Shown one piece after another: positions 13,910-26,500 of a stretch of DNA of 64,000 bases. Source of the DNA: Isurus oxyrinchus (lineage: Eukaryota); the NCBI GenBank assembly GCA_026770705.1, contig JANJGN010000010.1, positions 1,302,001-1,366,000 on the forward strand. The letters are read 5' to 3'. How positions within the stretch are numbered: position 1 is the first letter of the stretch; every line of letters begins with the position of its first letter. The notes below the pieces were generated by a model. The model made no database searches, was not told where the DNA came from, and saw nothing but the letters and a program-made list of their open reading frames with translations. A program made the translations under genes and the position numbers.

Positions 13910-14421
13910 ATAGTTTCTCAATTGTAATGACTGACATTGGTGACTTCACCTCATATACGTCCAACTACTTTGAATGGGCATCGACCATGAGCAGAAACAT
14001 TGTTTCCAGGAAAGGTCCAATGTAGTCAATCTACCTGGCTACTCTCATGGGTGGAACGGAGCTGTCGATGGCAACTCTTTCAGTTGCTGACATTACCACA
14101 ATGTTTCATTAAATTCCCTATTTCACCATCCATCCCAGGCCACCAGTGCAGTTTCATTTAATCAGATACGGGCTCTTGTAACCAACCATGAAGCACTTGT
14201 TCTCCTACTTGAGCTAGGACTGGGTCTTGACTTGTCCAGTCTCTGATCTGGTGAGCACATACTGGTGAGGAATCTAAGAATTTTAACAATAAAACAAGTG
14301 CCTGTGGGACTGGGACTTGCTCATCATTTTCTTGTAAAGTCAAATAACTAAGGGCATCGGCGGTTGCGATTTGATTTCCAGGCCTTCGTATCTGGAAGCT
14401 GCCAGGATTAAGGCCTTATTA

Positions 14422-15020
14422 GGATTTCTGCATCTTCTTTCTACACCCCTTCTTCTTTCTAGTGCAGACTTTAATCTCGGCCTTCGTATTGACTTCACTG
14501 TTGGACAGACTTCCCTCAGATACAAGCTCAACTTGTCTGAGCTCAGTCGCTAGGTCTCCCAAAATTTCATTATCTGTCTGCTTCTTGGAAAATTCTGCAA
14601 CTTTTGCTTTCAAAGCCTATTTGTCTTCATTTAACTGATTCTTCGACTCTTCCGTATCTTTCTTGTATTTGTTTGCTGCCTCCTGGAAAACTTAACATTG
14701 TTGTGTCTTCTCTGCCAACTCATCCTTCATTTTGTTCAGAGAGGTGCTGAATTCTTTCTGTTTCTCTTCATATTTGTCCAGAGGTACAAACATTGACCTG
14801 AGGGAATCTTGTCGTGTGGGAAGGTCTTTCATCAGGTTTTCTTTTCCCTGCGAAGGCTGCTCACCTCGTCTCGAACTCTGTCATCAAGCAGGGTCTCAAG
14901 TTCCTTCTGCTGTTCTTCCAGGTTTTGGTTTAAGACAGTCTGCATTTCTTTCGGTTATTGAGTCCTTACACACTCATTTTTCAAAACATGAACACTTCCA
15001 GCTTCCTTTTGGAATCCCAT
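14422..15020 (-). pseudogene. Coiled-coil coding fragment inside the Gypsy pol region
   Basis: Manual translation gives EMQTVLNQNLEEQQKELETLLDD / LRSMFVPLDKYEEKQKEFSTSLNKMKDELAEKTQ, with stops and a frameshift; no RT motifs. Confidence 0.6.
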
Positions 15021-18000
15021 AGGCCCATCAAGGTTGATTTCCCTTAGCCAATTTAGCCCTAGAAGGCTTGGTCCTCTGCCTCTCAATACCAACACTGATG
15101 GCTGTGCTGATTGCCTTCCATAACGGACAGTTACTCTGCGTATGCCTTTTACTTGAATGTCTTCACCCCTATATGTTTTTAGGGTGGCAGCTGTTTCTTC
15201 TAAACTTAGTTGATGTTCACCATTATTCAGATATCTGAAGGTATGTTTCCCAATTACTGTAGTGGAAGCTCCTGTGTCCATTTCCATTCTAACAGGTCTG
15301 CCATTTACTTTCACTGTGACAAATATTGGTTCTGTCTTTTCAGATTAAACAATGAGTAAATGTCAGAATTTGTTGTTTCAGGCTCTTCCACATTGTAGAT
15401 TTCATTGGGCTTCTTCTTTTGTTTACAAGTCTGTTTGAATCTTTCCTTGCGCTGCCTCATTATATGTCCATTTCTGTGACAAGAGTAGCATTCAATTTTT
15501 TAAACAGCCAATCACTAAAAGACTGCTTGTTTCCACCTCTACTAAAATTATTCCTCAATTTTGCTGCTAAGTTATTTTTCTTTATTCTTTGGCTAGTGGG
15601 GGCTGGTTCCCGCTTCTCGGCCTCTTTCGGTTAAGGTTTCCCACCTGATGAATGGCACCATTTTGCGCAACCTGTGTTTCTTGTGAATCTCTTACTGTGC
15701 TTTCCATGGCCAGTGTTATCTCCAGGACCTTCTTGAAATCCAGATTCACTTCAGCCAATAATCTTTTCTGAATCGTGTCCTCATTCACACCACACACTAA
15801 ATGATCACTGAGCGAGTCCTTCAGAGTCGTACCAAACTCACAATGTTCCATTAGCTGCTTCAAATTTGCCACATAGCATGCAATTGTCTCACCCGGACTC
15901 AATTTCGCAAATTAAACCTGAGGCTCTGCATCGGGACTGAGGGTTTGGATTGAAAGTGACTCTTCACCAGGTCCACCAATTCATCGAACTTCTTCAAAAC
16001 CAGGGGACTGGGTGCTGTCAAACTTCAAATCAGACTATAGATTTTGCTCCCACAATTACTCAAGAGGATTGCTCACCTCTTCTCTTCCCCCATAATCTTG
16101 TTCGCTTGAAAAAAACGTGAGGCGTTCTGTATAATGAGACCAATCGTCTGTGGCTGGTTCAAAAGGATCAATTCTCCAAAATTGTGGCATTTTGAGAGGG
16201 GATAACTTATTCAATTCGAATGGAGCTTGCTACTTACAATTATTGGATGAGGGACAGTGCCGATTTATTTTTAACTTGATTTCTTCTGTTCAATCTTGTT
16301 TTATCCTCATCGCCAGTTTATCTGTCAGGTGGCTGAGTTGTACTATTAGTAATAGAGTTGACCTGCAGACACTTCTTGGTGGAAACATTAAGTTTATTTA
16401 CAATATACTCACCAACAACTATACATGTGCTTTCAACTCTAACTCTATTTCTACACTGACAGTTGAGGTAGCCCTGCTACTCTCCAATTGGTTACTACAG
16501 ATCATGTGATCTTCCTTAACAAGTATTATTCTTAAAGGTACAGTACACACTAAATAAAATCACAATTATTACGTAGGTGTATTTTAATTTTGGTTGAGGG
16601 GTTTTTGAGGATGATGTTCAGTTCATATTGATGTTCCTGCAGAAATCACGATTGAATTAACTTTTAAAAATGTTAAAAAGAGGATATTAAGTTTTCCTGA
16701 AACTACTCCATGGTGCAGTGGAGCTAGACTGGGCTAATTCTCTAGTCTCAAACCACTTCACCTTGATGAATAGGTGTACGCAATAAACTTAACATTAGAT
16801 TGGCAGGGTAGTAGGAGATTAATGAGCATCAGCACATGTGTCACCACTAACCATTTGAGCTACCCAGAGGCTGGGGACAGGCTTTCTGTACATCCGTTTT
16901 GTGGTTGGGGATGGTACATGGAGCAGAGGCTGAACAAGCGGAAACTAAATTAATACATTTCAAAAGAAAGGACGAATAGCTGGAATTTCTTCTGAGCTAG
17001 TCACACTCTGACTGCTACTATAACTGCACTGTGAGCATGACAGAAATCCTATTTCAATGTTTAAATGTGTAGATGGGATTTCTGCCTCATTCATGATACA
17101 GTAATGGCTCTCCAAGAGCAGAAAATCTGTTAGCTGTGAGCTAAATAATGTCACTAATGCATAACTGGCACATTTTGGGGAGGGAACTAAATATTGCAAT
17201 GGTCCAGGTCACTTCATTTTATTTTGCTTTACAGACATTATTACAAACCTGGTATTCTAGAACTAGTAGGCAGAAGGTTAATGTACAACTTTGGAAGGGA
17301 TATGTATGGCTGGTGATAATAGCCTTCATTTACCATTCAGCCACATCCCTAACTGACTGAGGATTAGGGACTGTGTTAGTATGAGCTGGCATTGTGTTCA
17401 GACAATGTCCCATTCTCGGTCAGCAGTTAGCTCAATTTGGCAATCTCATAACTTTTCTATTCAAACTAAATCTTTGTCTTTTTTTAGTGAAAAATATAGC
17501 ATAACTAAATCAAAATACTCAATAAACTGGTAAAAAATAGGACTTTAATTCTGCTGTTTTATGTTGTAAATAACATTGTGAATGTTCTGTGGAGTCTATA
17601 CACAGGACTTCAAATCTCTACCTATCTCGAGCTGTTCACCTCCCTTCCTGAGCAGGATTTATCTATTGAACATGCACCCCAGAAACAGGCCAGTCAGCCA
17701 AACCAGTTGGTGTTAATGTTCTATTGAAGCCTCTCTAACTCTTCCACATCTAATTCAATCAGCAGAAACTCTCTGCTCCTTTCTCCCTCAGAAGCTTATC
17801 ACCTTCCATTATTGCATCCACACTATTCACCTCTCCATCCACTGTGGCAGTGAATTCCACATTCTCCCCACTCGTCAGCTAAGGACATTTCTTCTGAATC
17901 CCCTATTGGATTTCTTAGTGATTATCGTATATTGAATGATTCTAGTTTTGTTCTCTCCCAAATATGAACATATGAACTAGGAGCAGGATTGGGCCATTCA

Positions 18001-18804
18001 GCCCCTCGAGCCTGCTCCACCATTCAATAAGATCATGGCTGATCTGACTGTAACCTCAACCCCACTTTCCTTCCTACCCCCTATACCCTTTGACTCTCTT
18101 GTCAATCTAGAATCTATCTAATTCAGCCTTATTAAAAATATTCCATCACCTTGCCTGCACCACTCGCTGGGGAAGACAGTTCCACAGACTCACAATCCTG
18201 AGAAGAAAAAATTTTCCTCATCTCCCCCTTAAATGGGAGTGCCCTTATTTTTAAACTGTGTCCCCTAGTTCCAGTCTCTCCCACGAGGGGAAACATCCTT
18301 TCAGCATCCACCCTGTCAAGTCCCCTCAGGATCTTATATGTTTCAATAAGATCACCTCTCATTCTTCTAAACTCCAATGGATAATCATAAAATAATCTCC
18401 TCATTCCAGAATTCAGTTGAGAGAACCTCCTCTGAACTGCTTCTAATGTAATGATATCATTTCTTAAGTAAGGAGACCAAAACTGTAAAACTGTAGCAAA
18501 ACTTCCCTACTTTTATATCCCTTTGCAAGGAACAACAACATTCTATTTGCCTTCCTAATCACTTGCTGTTCCTGCTCATTAACTTTATGTGATTCATGTA
18601 CCAGGACACCCACATCCCTCTGTACCTCAGAGTTCTGTAATCTCTCTCCATTTAACTAATTTGCTGCTTTTCTATTCTTCCTGCCACAGTTCACATTTTC
18701 CTACATTATACTCCATCTGCCAATTTTTTCCCACTCACTTAACCTGTTTATGCTCCTATGCAGACTCATTATGTCGTCTGCACAACTTTACTGTCCTACC
18801 CTAC

Positions 18805-19390
18805 CTTACCAAATTCAACTACTTCAGACCATGAACTCTCTCCTCCATCTCTATTCCCTTTTTTAATCCAGTAAAAAAAAGTCTTTTTATTTTTAGTTTT
18901 AACTTATATTTTCACTTATTTTCATTTTTATTTATTTGTTTTTATTCATTCATTTTTTAAAATCCTTTTCCCCAACACTCACCATCCCCCCCAACCCCCA
19001 CGGGGTCACCTGTCACTGGTTTCTATGTTGTGTTTTCTCAGAGCACTGACCCTTGTTCTGCTACTAACACATTCTGCACTATCAGCACCTTCTAAAGTTG
19101 TTACCACTACCACTAACACTCCTTTTGTCTTGTGTCCATGACATCTTTGTCAATCTCTCCTTAGCTCCCACTTATCCCAGACCTTCTATCTTGCTCCATA
19201 AGCTCCATCCCCTCTTAAACAGTATAAAACCCATCACATTCCTACTTCTCTTTGACTCTGAAGAGTCTTACGGACTTAAAACGTTAACTCTGTTTTTCTC
19301 TCCATGGATGCTGCCAGACCTGGTGAGTTTTTCCAGCATTTTATGTTTTTATTTCAGATTTCCAGCATCTGCAGTATTTTGCTTTCATTT
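18805..19390 (+). mobile_element. Penelope-like 3' fragment with a decayed hammerhead motif
   Basis: KFNYFRP C-terminus; CTGAAGA-GTC..GAC..AAACGTT at 19258-19290; terminal gctgccagacc..tttccagcatctgcag shared with 52720-52785. Confidence 0.75.
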
Positions 19391-19680
19391 TGCTTTCCTG
19401 CCTATTTCTGTGTCATTGGCAAATTTAACGACCATATGTTCGATCCCTTTATTCAAGTCATTGATATAAATTGTAAATAGTTGAGGCCACTAGTCAGCTG
19501 TGGCATTTCACTAGTTACATCTTGCCAACCTGAAAATGACCCATTTATGCCTAATCTCTGTCTCCTGTTAGCTAACCAATCCTCTGTCCTAGCTACTATG
19601 TTACCCGCTACATCATGGGCTCTTATTTTGTGTGGTATCCTTTGATGTGGCACCTTATCAAATGTCTTCTGGAAATCTAA

Positions 19681-20395
19681 GGGAAAGATTTTCCCCTGTC
19701 GGGTGTGGGGGAAGTTCAGGAGCGGGCGTGAGCAGGCACACCTCTGATCGGTGCTCCCGATTGGGGGCGCGCCGCCATTTTACGTGGGTGGGCCAATTAC
19801 GACCCGCCCAGCGTGACGTCCGGCAGGAAGTGCTATGCGCTCCCTGTGTGGGTGGGGATGGGGGATTTCCCTCAGCTGAGAGTGCGCTCTTTTGTGCTTG
19901 CGCGTGGAAGAGAGCACTCATCTCCCTGAGGCTAAGTGCTGCCTCAGGGAGATCAGCTCCAAATTTAAAAATGTTAAAGAGACGAAAACAAAATTTCCCT
20001 GACATGTCTCCTCCTGTGACATTGTCACGTGAGTTGGGACATGTCCATCACTTTTAATGAAACCTTTATTTAATATTTAAAAACCCTCATGCAACCTCAT
20101 CCGGTCCGTGGATGAGGTTTGATGCTGTTTCTGAAGCCCGCCAGGGCTTCTGGCCTGACCGCCCACTTTAAGGTTGGATGGGAAGGTCCATTAATTCTGT
20201 TAAGTACTTTTTAAATGGCCCCAATAGGCCGTTGACAGGTCGGTGGGTGCACAGCTGATTCGGCTACACCCCCACTGACCTGAAAATGGAAATGATGCGG
20301 GGTGATGTTGGGAGTTCCACCTGATGTCATCCCGCATCATTTCATGTGTTGGCGAGCGGGCCCTGCCCCCACTCACCGACTGGAAGGTCCTGCCC
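19681..20395. mobile_element. PIF/Harbinger-type MITE with TAA target-site duplication
   Basis: TAA at 19678-80 and 20396-98; removing the element restores host CR1 ggaaatctaagtacagcac. Confidence 0.93.
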
Positions 20396-21664
20396 TAAGT
20401 ACAGCACATTCACAGGTTCCCCTTTATCCACATTGCTTGTTACTTCCTCCAGTAAATTAGTCAACCACATCTGCAAAACCATGTTGACTCTGCCTGATTG
20501 CATTGAGAATTTCTAAGTGCCTCGCGATAACTCGTTAATAGATACCAAAAATATCAATGCAAAAACTCTCTCTCAATGTCTATTTTATCAAAAGCTTCCA
20601 TAGTTTTAAAGACCTCTATTAGATCACACCTTCACTTTTCAAGTGAATAGAGATCCAGGTATTCATCCTTTTCCGATAGGTATAACCTCACAGTTCTGGC
20701 ATCATCCATTGAAATATTTTTTGCCTCCTCACCTGTGCCTCTAGAGCCTTTTTACTATATTGTAACCTGAACTGTGCACAATACTCCAAATGTGCTCTAA
20801 CTAAGATTCAATACAAATTTAACATAACTTCTCTACTTTTCAATCCTATCCCTCTAGAAATAAACCCTATTGTTTATTTTTTTATGGTCTTATTAAATGC
20901 ACTGATGTTTTCAGTGACTTGTTCCCCCGGATCCTAACTATCTACAAATCCTCATTCACAGAATCACAGTGCAGAAGAGGCCCTTCGGCCCATCGAGTCT
21001 GCACCGACACCTGAGAAACACCTGACCTACCTACCTAATCCTATTTACCAGAACTTGGCCCATAGCCTTGATTGTTATGATTGAACACGGATTAATCACT
21101 TGACTTGATGGTGATGGAGGAGTGAGGGCTATGAGGGGCTATGAGCTTACACGCTGTGATGGTATATAAATCTTTTTGTTTTATGGAAATTTCTTCACCC
21201 AGAAGATGCACCCCAACAAAGACAGATTCATGTGGTATATCCTTGTTGTAAAACAGTGAGTCCTTTGTCTTCCTGTGATTAATGGTACAAGACATCGGCT
21301 AGTCTTTTAAATAAATGTACAAAATATTTTGTAGCGATAGGCTCAAATACTGTTGGGGATGTCGCTATTTTAATCGATTTATATTATCTGGATTAGTGTC
21401 TCTGTGAAAATAATGGACAGAAAAATGCCATAAGAACATTTGCAGAATTTATCCACCAAATTGCAAATAGTAATTTTCAGTCTATTATATTTCATTTATC
21501 TGTTTATTTTTGTGATGCTCAGTTAATATTTTATAACATTTAGTTTCTGAAGCATACAGTGACCTGGAACTTGGAGACTGTGTGAGCAATGCTTGTGTCA
21601 GAGTGTTTCTGTATAACAGTCATGAGGAAGAGCTGAGTGTCCAATATCAATATTGTAAGTCTTT

Positions 21665-22308
21665 GGGCAGAATCTTGCCCTTGGTGGGTGGGCGGGTCCC
21701 ACTGGCTCGGCGGTGGGGGGACAACTGACCCCCGCCACCGAAACGGGGCCAGCTGCCAATTGGAGTAGGCGGGCCAGTTAAAGCCTACCCAGCGGCCTGC
21801 CCGACAGGAAGACCTATGGCGCTGTGCACTTCCTGTGAGGGGGGGAGGGAATCACCCATCTGTCAAAGTGCGCACTGCTCCCTGAGGCAAAGTCCTGTCT
21901 CAGGGAGATTCGTGACAGGTTAAAAAACTCTAAAAATAGAAAAATAAAAACATTATTAACATGTCCCTCTCATGTGACTATGTCTCACGAAGTGGGACAT
22001 GTTAATAAGAAACACATAAACTTTATTAAAGTTTTTAAACACGAACATGAAACCTCATCCCACCGGGAGCTGGGGCTCTGAGCCTGCCCGCCGGCTTTAA
22101 GGCTGGACGGGCAGGTCTTTAATGATCTTAATAATCCTGTCAATGGCCTCAATTGGCCATTGACAGGTCGGCGGGCGGACAACTGATTTCACTGTCTGCC
22201 CACCTTCCTTAATATTTAAAGGGACCGGGATGACATCGAGGGTTCCTCCCAACGTCATCCCGAGTCACTTTCCCCTCGGTGAGCGGACCCCACCCCCAAA
22301 TCCTGGCC
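21665..22308. mobile_element. PIF/Harbinger-type MITE
   Basis: GGGCAGAATCTT ... AAATCCTGGCC flanked by TTT/TTT. Confidence 0.85.
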
Positions 22309-22814
22309 TTTATGAATTATTTACAATTTAGAGCAATACTGTGGATATAATGATAATAAAACTAATTTTCCTCATGCACTTTGCTCATCTTAGTTTGGTT
22401 ATGTAATAGCATTTATTTGGCTAGATTTATTTTTCTCAGAAGCCTGTAAAACACACCGGGGGGTGAAAATCCAGGGAGGCCTGTATTCCGGGTAAACTTG
22501 GTGTGGTCAGTAGCAGCTGGTAATACCACCGATTGCATCTCAGAACAAGGGAGGAGGCCATGCAGCCCCTCCAAGCTGTTCTGCTATTCAGTGCGATCAT
22601 AGCCGCTTTGTATCTGTGACCAAGCCACCCCCTGTTGGCCCCATATCTATTCACACACTAGTCTAGCAAAAAATCTATTGATTTTCAGGTTTAAGATTAT
22701 TAATTGAACTAACATCTGCTGATTTTTGTCTGGGAGAGTTCCATACTCCCTTGGGTCTATGTGAGAAAAATTATTTTCTAACTCGTCCCCTGAACTGCCT
22801 GCTTCTGATTTTAA

Positions 22815-23498
22815 GGCCGGGATATTGAGTTTGGTGAGTGGGGGTGTGGCCGCGGGATGAGGTTGGGCGGAACTCGCAACGTCACCCCACCCCACTTCAA
22901 TTTTCAGGTCGGGGGTGGGGGTGCAGCCGGGTCAGCTGTGCGCCCTCCTACCTGTCAATGGCCAATTGAGGCCATTTAAAAACTTATTGAAGTAATTAAT
23001 GGACCTGCCCGTCTAACCTTAAGGCTGGTGGGTCGGCCAGGAGCCCCGGCGGGAAGTAGAGAAAACATGAAACCTCATCCACCGGCGGGATGAAGTTTCA
23101 TGTAGGTTTTTAAATACTTAATAAAAGTTTGAATAAAAGTGATGGACGTGTCCCAACTCGTGTGATAGTGTCACATGAGGGGACATGTCAGAGAAATTTT
23201 ATTTTTGTCCATTGACCATTTTTGAATTTGGCGCCAATCTCCCTGAGGCAGCACTTAGCCTCAGGGAGATGAGTGCACACTTTCGCATGCATGTGTAAAA
23301 GAGTGTACTCTCGGCTTAGGGAATCCCACCCCCTCCCACTCGCACAGGTAATGCATAGTGCTTCCTGGTGGACATCATGCCTTAATTGGCCCGCCCACGT
23401 AAAATGGCAGCACCCCCCTGATCGGGGGCGCTGATCAGAGGCGTGTCTGCACGTGCCCACTCCTGCACGTGCCCCCGGACAGGGGGAATATTCTTCCC
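22815..23498. mobile_element. PIF/Harbinger-type MITE with TAA TSD, inside an old CR1 tail
   Basis: TAA at 22812-14 and 23499-501; family body. Confidence 0.9.
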
Positions 23499-24309
23499 TA
23501 AGCTCTGACTCCCCCCCCACAGTCCTTGACACCCCCCCACCAGTAGAGAGAGTTTCTCACTATCTGTACCCTATCAATTCCTTTCCAAATTCTAAAACTC
23601 CCAATTAAATCATCCCTTAAACTTCCATATTCCAGGAAGACCAGCCTATGTTGTGTCACCTCTTCCTGAAATCAAACCCTAGAGCCCTGGCCTACTCCAA
23701 TATGTTGTAGATTGAGGAAATCTCGCTGATTTGGGAGGGGGTGTTATGTCTTTTCCAGAAATAGTTTAAATGTGTCCTTAGTAACTGCATTTGTAAAGGA
23801 GCTGCTTTACAATCTATAATATTTTCAGAATTCTATTTGCTTTGCGTGCCAAGGTAAGTGGCCAGTTGAGGCCTATGTCTGCTGTCAGCATGAGATGTAG
23901 CTGCTGCTCATCCCTACTCTGTGGCTCTTTGGTATTTGGGAGTTTGGAAACTCCTGGCTTGTGAGAGTCTCCAGCCCTCACCTTGTTATGATGCTGACCT
24001 TGTCCTGAAGCTTTGTCCCTTACAAGGCTGGTGAAATCCCAATGTTAGGCTGGGAGCCGGAATATTCAACATCCAGGAATATTCCAACACTCTCTGAGTG
24101 ACGTACACTGGGAAGGCCACAGACCTTCAACTCCGGTGATGTGGGTTAGGCTGTTTACATACGTTATCCACTGACTAACATGGTTCATGAGAAAGAAAAG
24201 ATCAGCATATGTCAAACTTACAGTCACAAATTACTGAAAACCTTTGAAAAGCTTTAGCAACTGACGTGGCCAGTAAGACAAGGATAATGAGACAGAGGCA
24301 TAAGAAGAG

Positions 24310-24557
24310 GGTAGTGTTCTCAGAGGCTAGCGAATGTGTGGAATTCTCTACCTCAGAGAGTTGTGGAGGCTAGATCACTGAAAGTATTTAACGAGGAGGT
24401 GGATAGATTTTTGAAATATTGGGGAGTTGAGGGTTATGAGGAGCTGGCACGAAAGAGGAATTGAGGCCTGGGGCAGATCAGACATGATCTTATTGGATGG
24501 CAGGACAGGCTTGAGGGGCCGAATGGCCTACTTCTGCTCCTATTTCTCATGTTCTTA
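24310..24557 (+). mobile_element. CR1 LINE 3' tail fragment
   Basis: Typical tail ending gggccgaatggcctacttctgctcctatttctcatgttctta. Confidence 0.75.
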
Positions 24558-25499
24558 AGACATTGGAAAATATGAAGCAAAACCCGACATGGACACAGGA
24601 ATAAGTCTGCAGAAAAGTAGAAAAGCAGGCTGGATCCAGTTTAATGTTGCTGAAGTCAAGATGATGTTAGGGACAGGAGAGGGATTAATTTAAACAGCCC
24701 TGATTTGTCCACTCCCTACCTTCCGTAAACAAAAAGGTGTTTCTCATTTCTGATTTCTCCCTTTCTAAGTAGTGGTGTGTTTTCCCCCACTCTCCAGTTT
24801 GAAGTGATCCAATCCTCTATTAATAACCCCCTCCAGCGAACTCGAGGTAAGGCAAAATAAGAGGGTTGGTTTATTTTACACATATACAAAATGCGGGAAA
24901 GGGTTTTGCAACACCTGCCCTTTTTGCACTATATGATAAAAGAGAGATAAGGGAAAGAAAGGATACAGGGCAAGACCATGATACAAATAAGAGTTATGTT
25001 TTTGCGTGAGGCCAGAGTCCAATGGAGAATTCCTTCAGAGGTTAGCAGGCTCCAATTGTCACAGGGTGACCCATCTTCCCAGAAGAAATGACGTCCACAA
25101 TGAGAGAAAGCATGTAGAGATGAACGAGTCTTATAAGCACAGATACAGAAGTTCTAATATTCCAGCAGTGTACAGTGTAGATTAGGGCCAGGCACTTCAC
25201 CTGGACAGAGCTCTTTCTGCTGCTACCTGTTAGGTGGCAAAATGGTAGGGCTGCCTGAATTCAGTTCCACATGACAGCTTGGGGGAGGTCATGTGACATA
25301 ACTCCCATTTCTTCACCTCTATTTTGGACAAAGAATGTATTTTCCCAGGTCTAGAAGCTTGAGATGTTAATAGAGGTGTCAGGGTTCCTTCTGTCCTTTG
25401 CAGACATACCATCTCTGCTGGCTGGAGTTCTGCCTTAGCAATGCCAAAGGTTTTGGTGTATTTCTTTGGAATTTGATTTTCTGCAGAACAATGGATATT

Positions 25500-26500
25500 A
25501 GGACATTCACTGCAGGAGTTCCTCAGGGTAGTGTCCTCAGCCCAACCATCTTCAGCTGTTTCATCAATGACCTTCCTTCCATCATATGATCAGAAGTGGG
25601 GATATTCGCTGATGATTGCACAATGTTCAGCACCATTCACGACTCCTCAGATACTGAAGCAGTCCATGTCCAAATGCAGCAAGACCTGGACAATATCCAG
25701 GCTTGGGCTGATAAGTTGCAAGTAACATTCGTGTCACACTAATGCCAGGCAATGACCATCTCTAACAAGAGAGAATCTAACTGTCGCCCCTTGATGTTCA
25801 ATGGCATTACTATCACTGAGTTCCCCACTATCAATATCCTGAGGGTTACCATTGACCAGAAACTGAACTGGACTAGCAATATAAATACTACAAGAGCAGG
25901 TCAGAGGCTAGGAATCCTGTCATGAGTAACTCACCTCCTGACTCCCCAAAGACTGTCCACCATTTACAAGACACAAGTCAGGAGTGTGATGGAATACTCC
26001 CCACTTGCCTGGATGAGTGCAGATCCCACAACATTCAAGAAGCTTGACACTGTCCAGGACAAAGCAGCCCACTTGATTGGCACCACATCCACAAACATTC
26101 ATTCCCTCCACCACTGATGCACAGTAGCAGCAGTGTGTACCATCTACAAGATGCACTGTAGGAAATCACCAAGGCTCCTTCGACAGCACCTTCCAAATCC
26201 ATGACCACTACCATCTAGAAGGACAAGGGCAGCAGATAGATGGGAACACCACCACCTGGAGGTTTCCCTCCAAGTCACTCACCATCCTGACTTGGAAATA
26301 TATCACCGTTCCTTCACTGTCGCTGGGTCAAAATCTTGCAACTCCCTCCCTAACAGCACTGTGGGTGTACCTACACCACGTGGACTGCAGCGGCTCAAGA
26401 AGGCAGCTCACCACCACCTTCTCAAGGGTAATTAGGGATGGGCAATAAATGCTGGCCCAGCCTACAAAGCCCACATCCCGTGAATGATGAAAAATAAAAT
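25500..26500 (+). mobile_element. LINE family A 3' kb, inserted in LTR-like sequence
   Basis: Collinear with 1985-2987. Confidence 0.9.

Larger units (their letters stand above)
12065..16574 (-). mobile_element. Decayed Gypsy (Mag-like) provirus with both LTRs, lacking RT
   Basis: Diverged LTR pair at ~12065-12316 and ~16320-16574; PPT (gcctcccccttt on +) at 12317; PBS atcctcatcgcca 16303-16315 matching the tRNA-Ser(GCT) 3' end; gag (15582-15902), protease (DTGA, 14955-15314) and integrase (12402-13103) remnants. Confidence 0.9.
17970..20540 (-). mobile_element. CR1 LINE (family B) 3' half, interrupted by Penelope and MITE insertions
   Basis: LEFRRMRGDLIETYKIL, RRQRLGINGSFSGWQ.VTS; CR1 3' tail near 17970. 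Confidence 0.85.

Noticed and set aside
16960-17360. Short ORFs as exons of a neighbouring gene such as TRAF6
   Set aside because: No recognisable TRAF or other domain motifs and no convincing splice context
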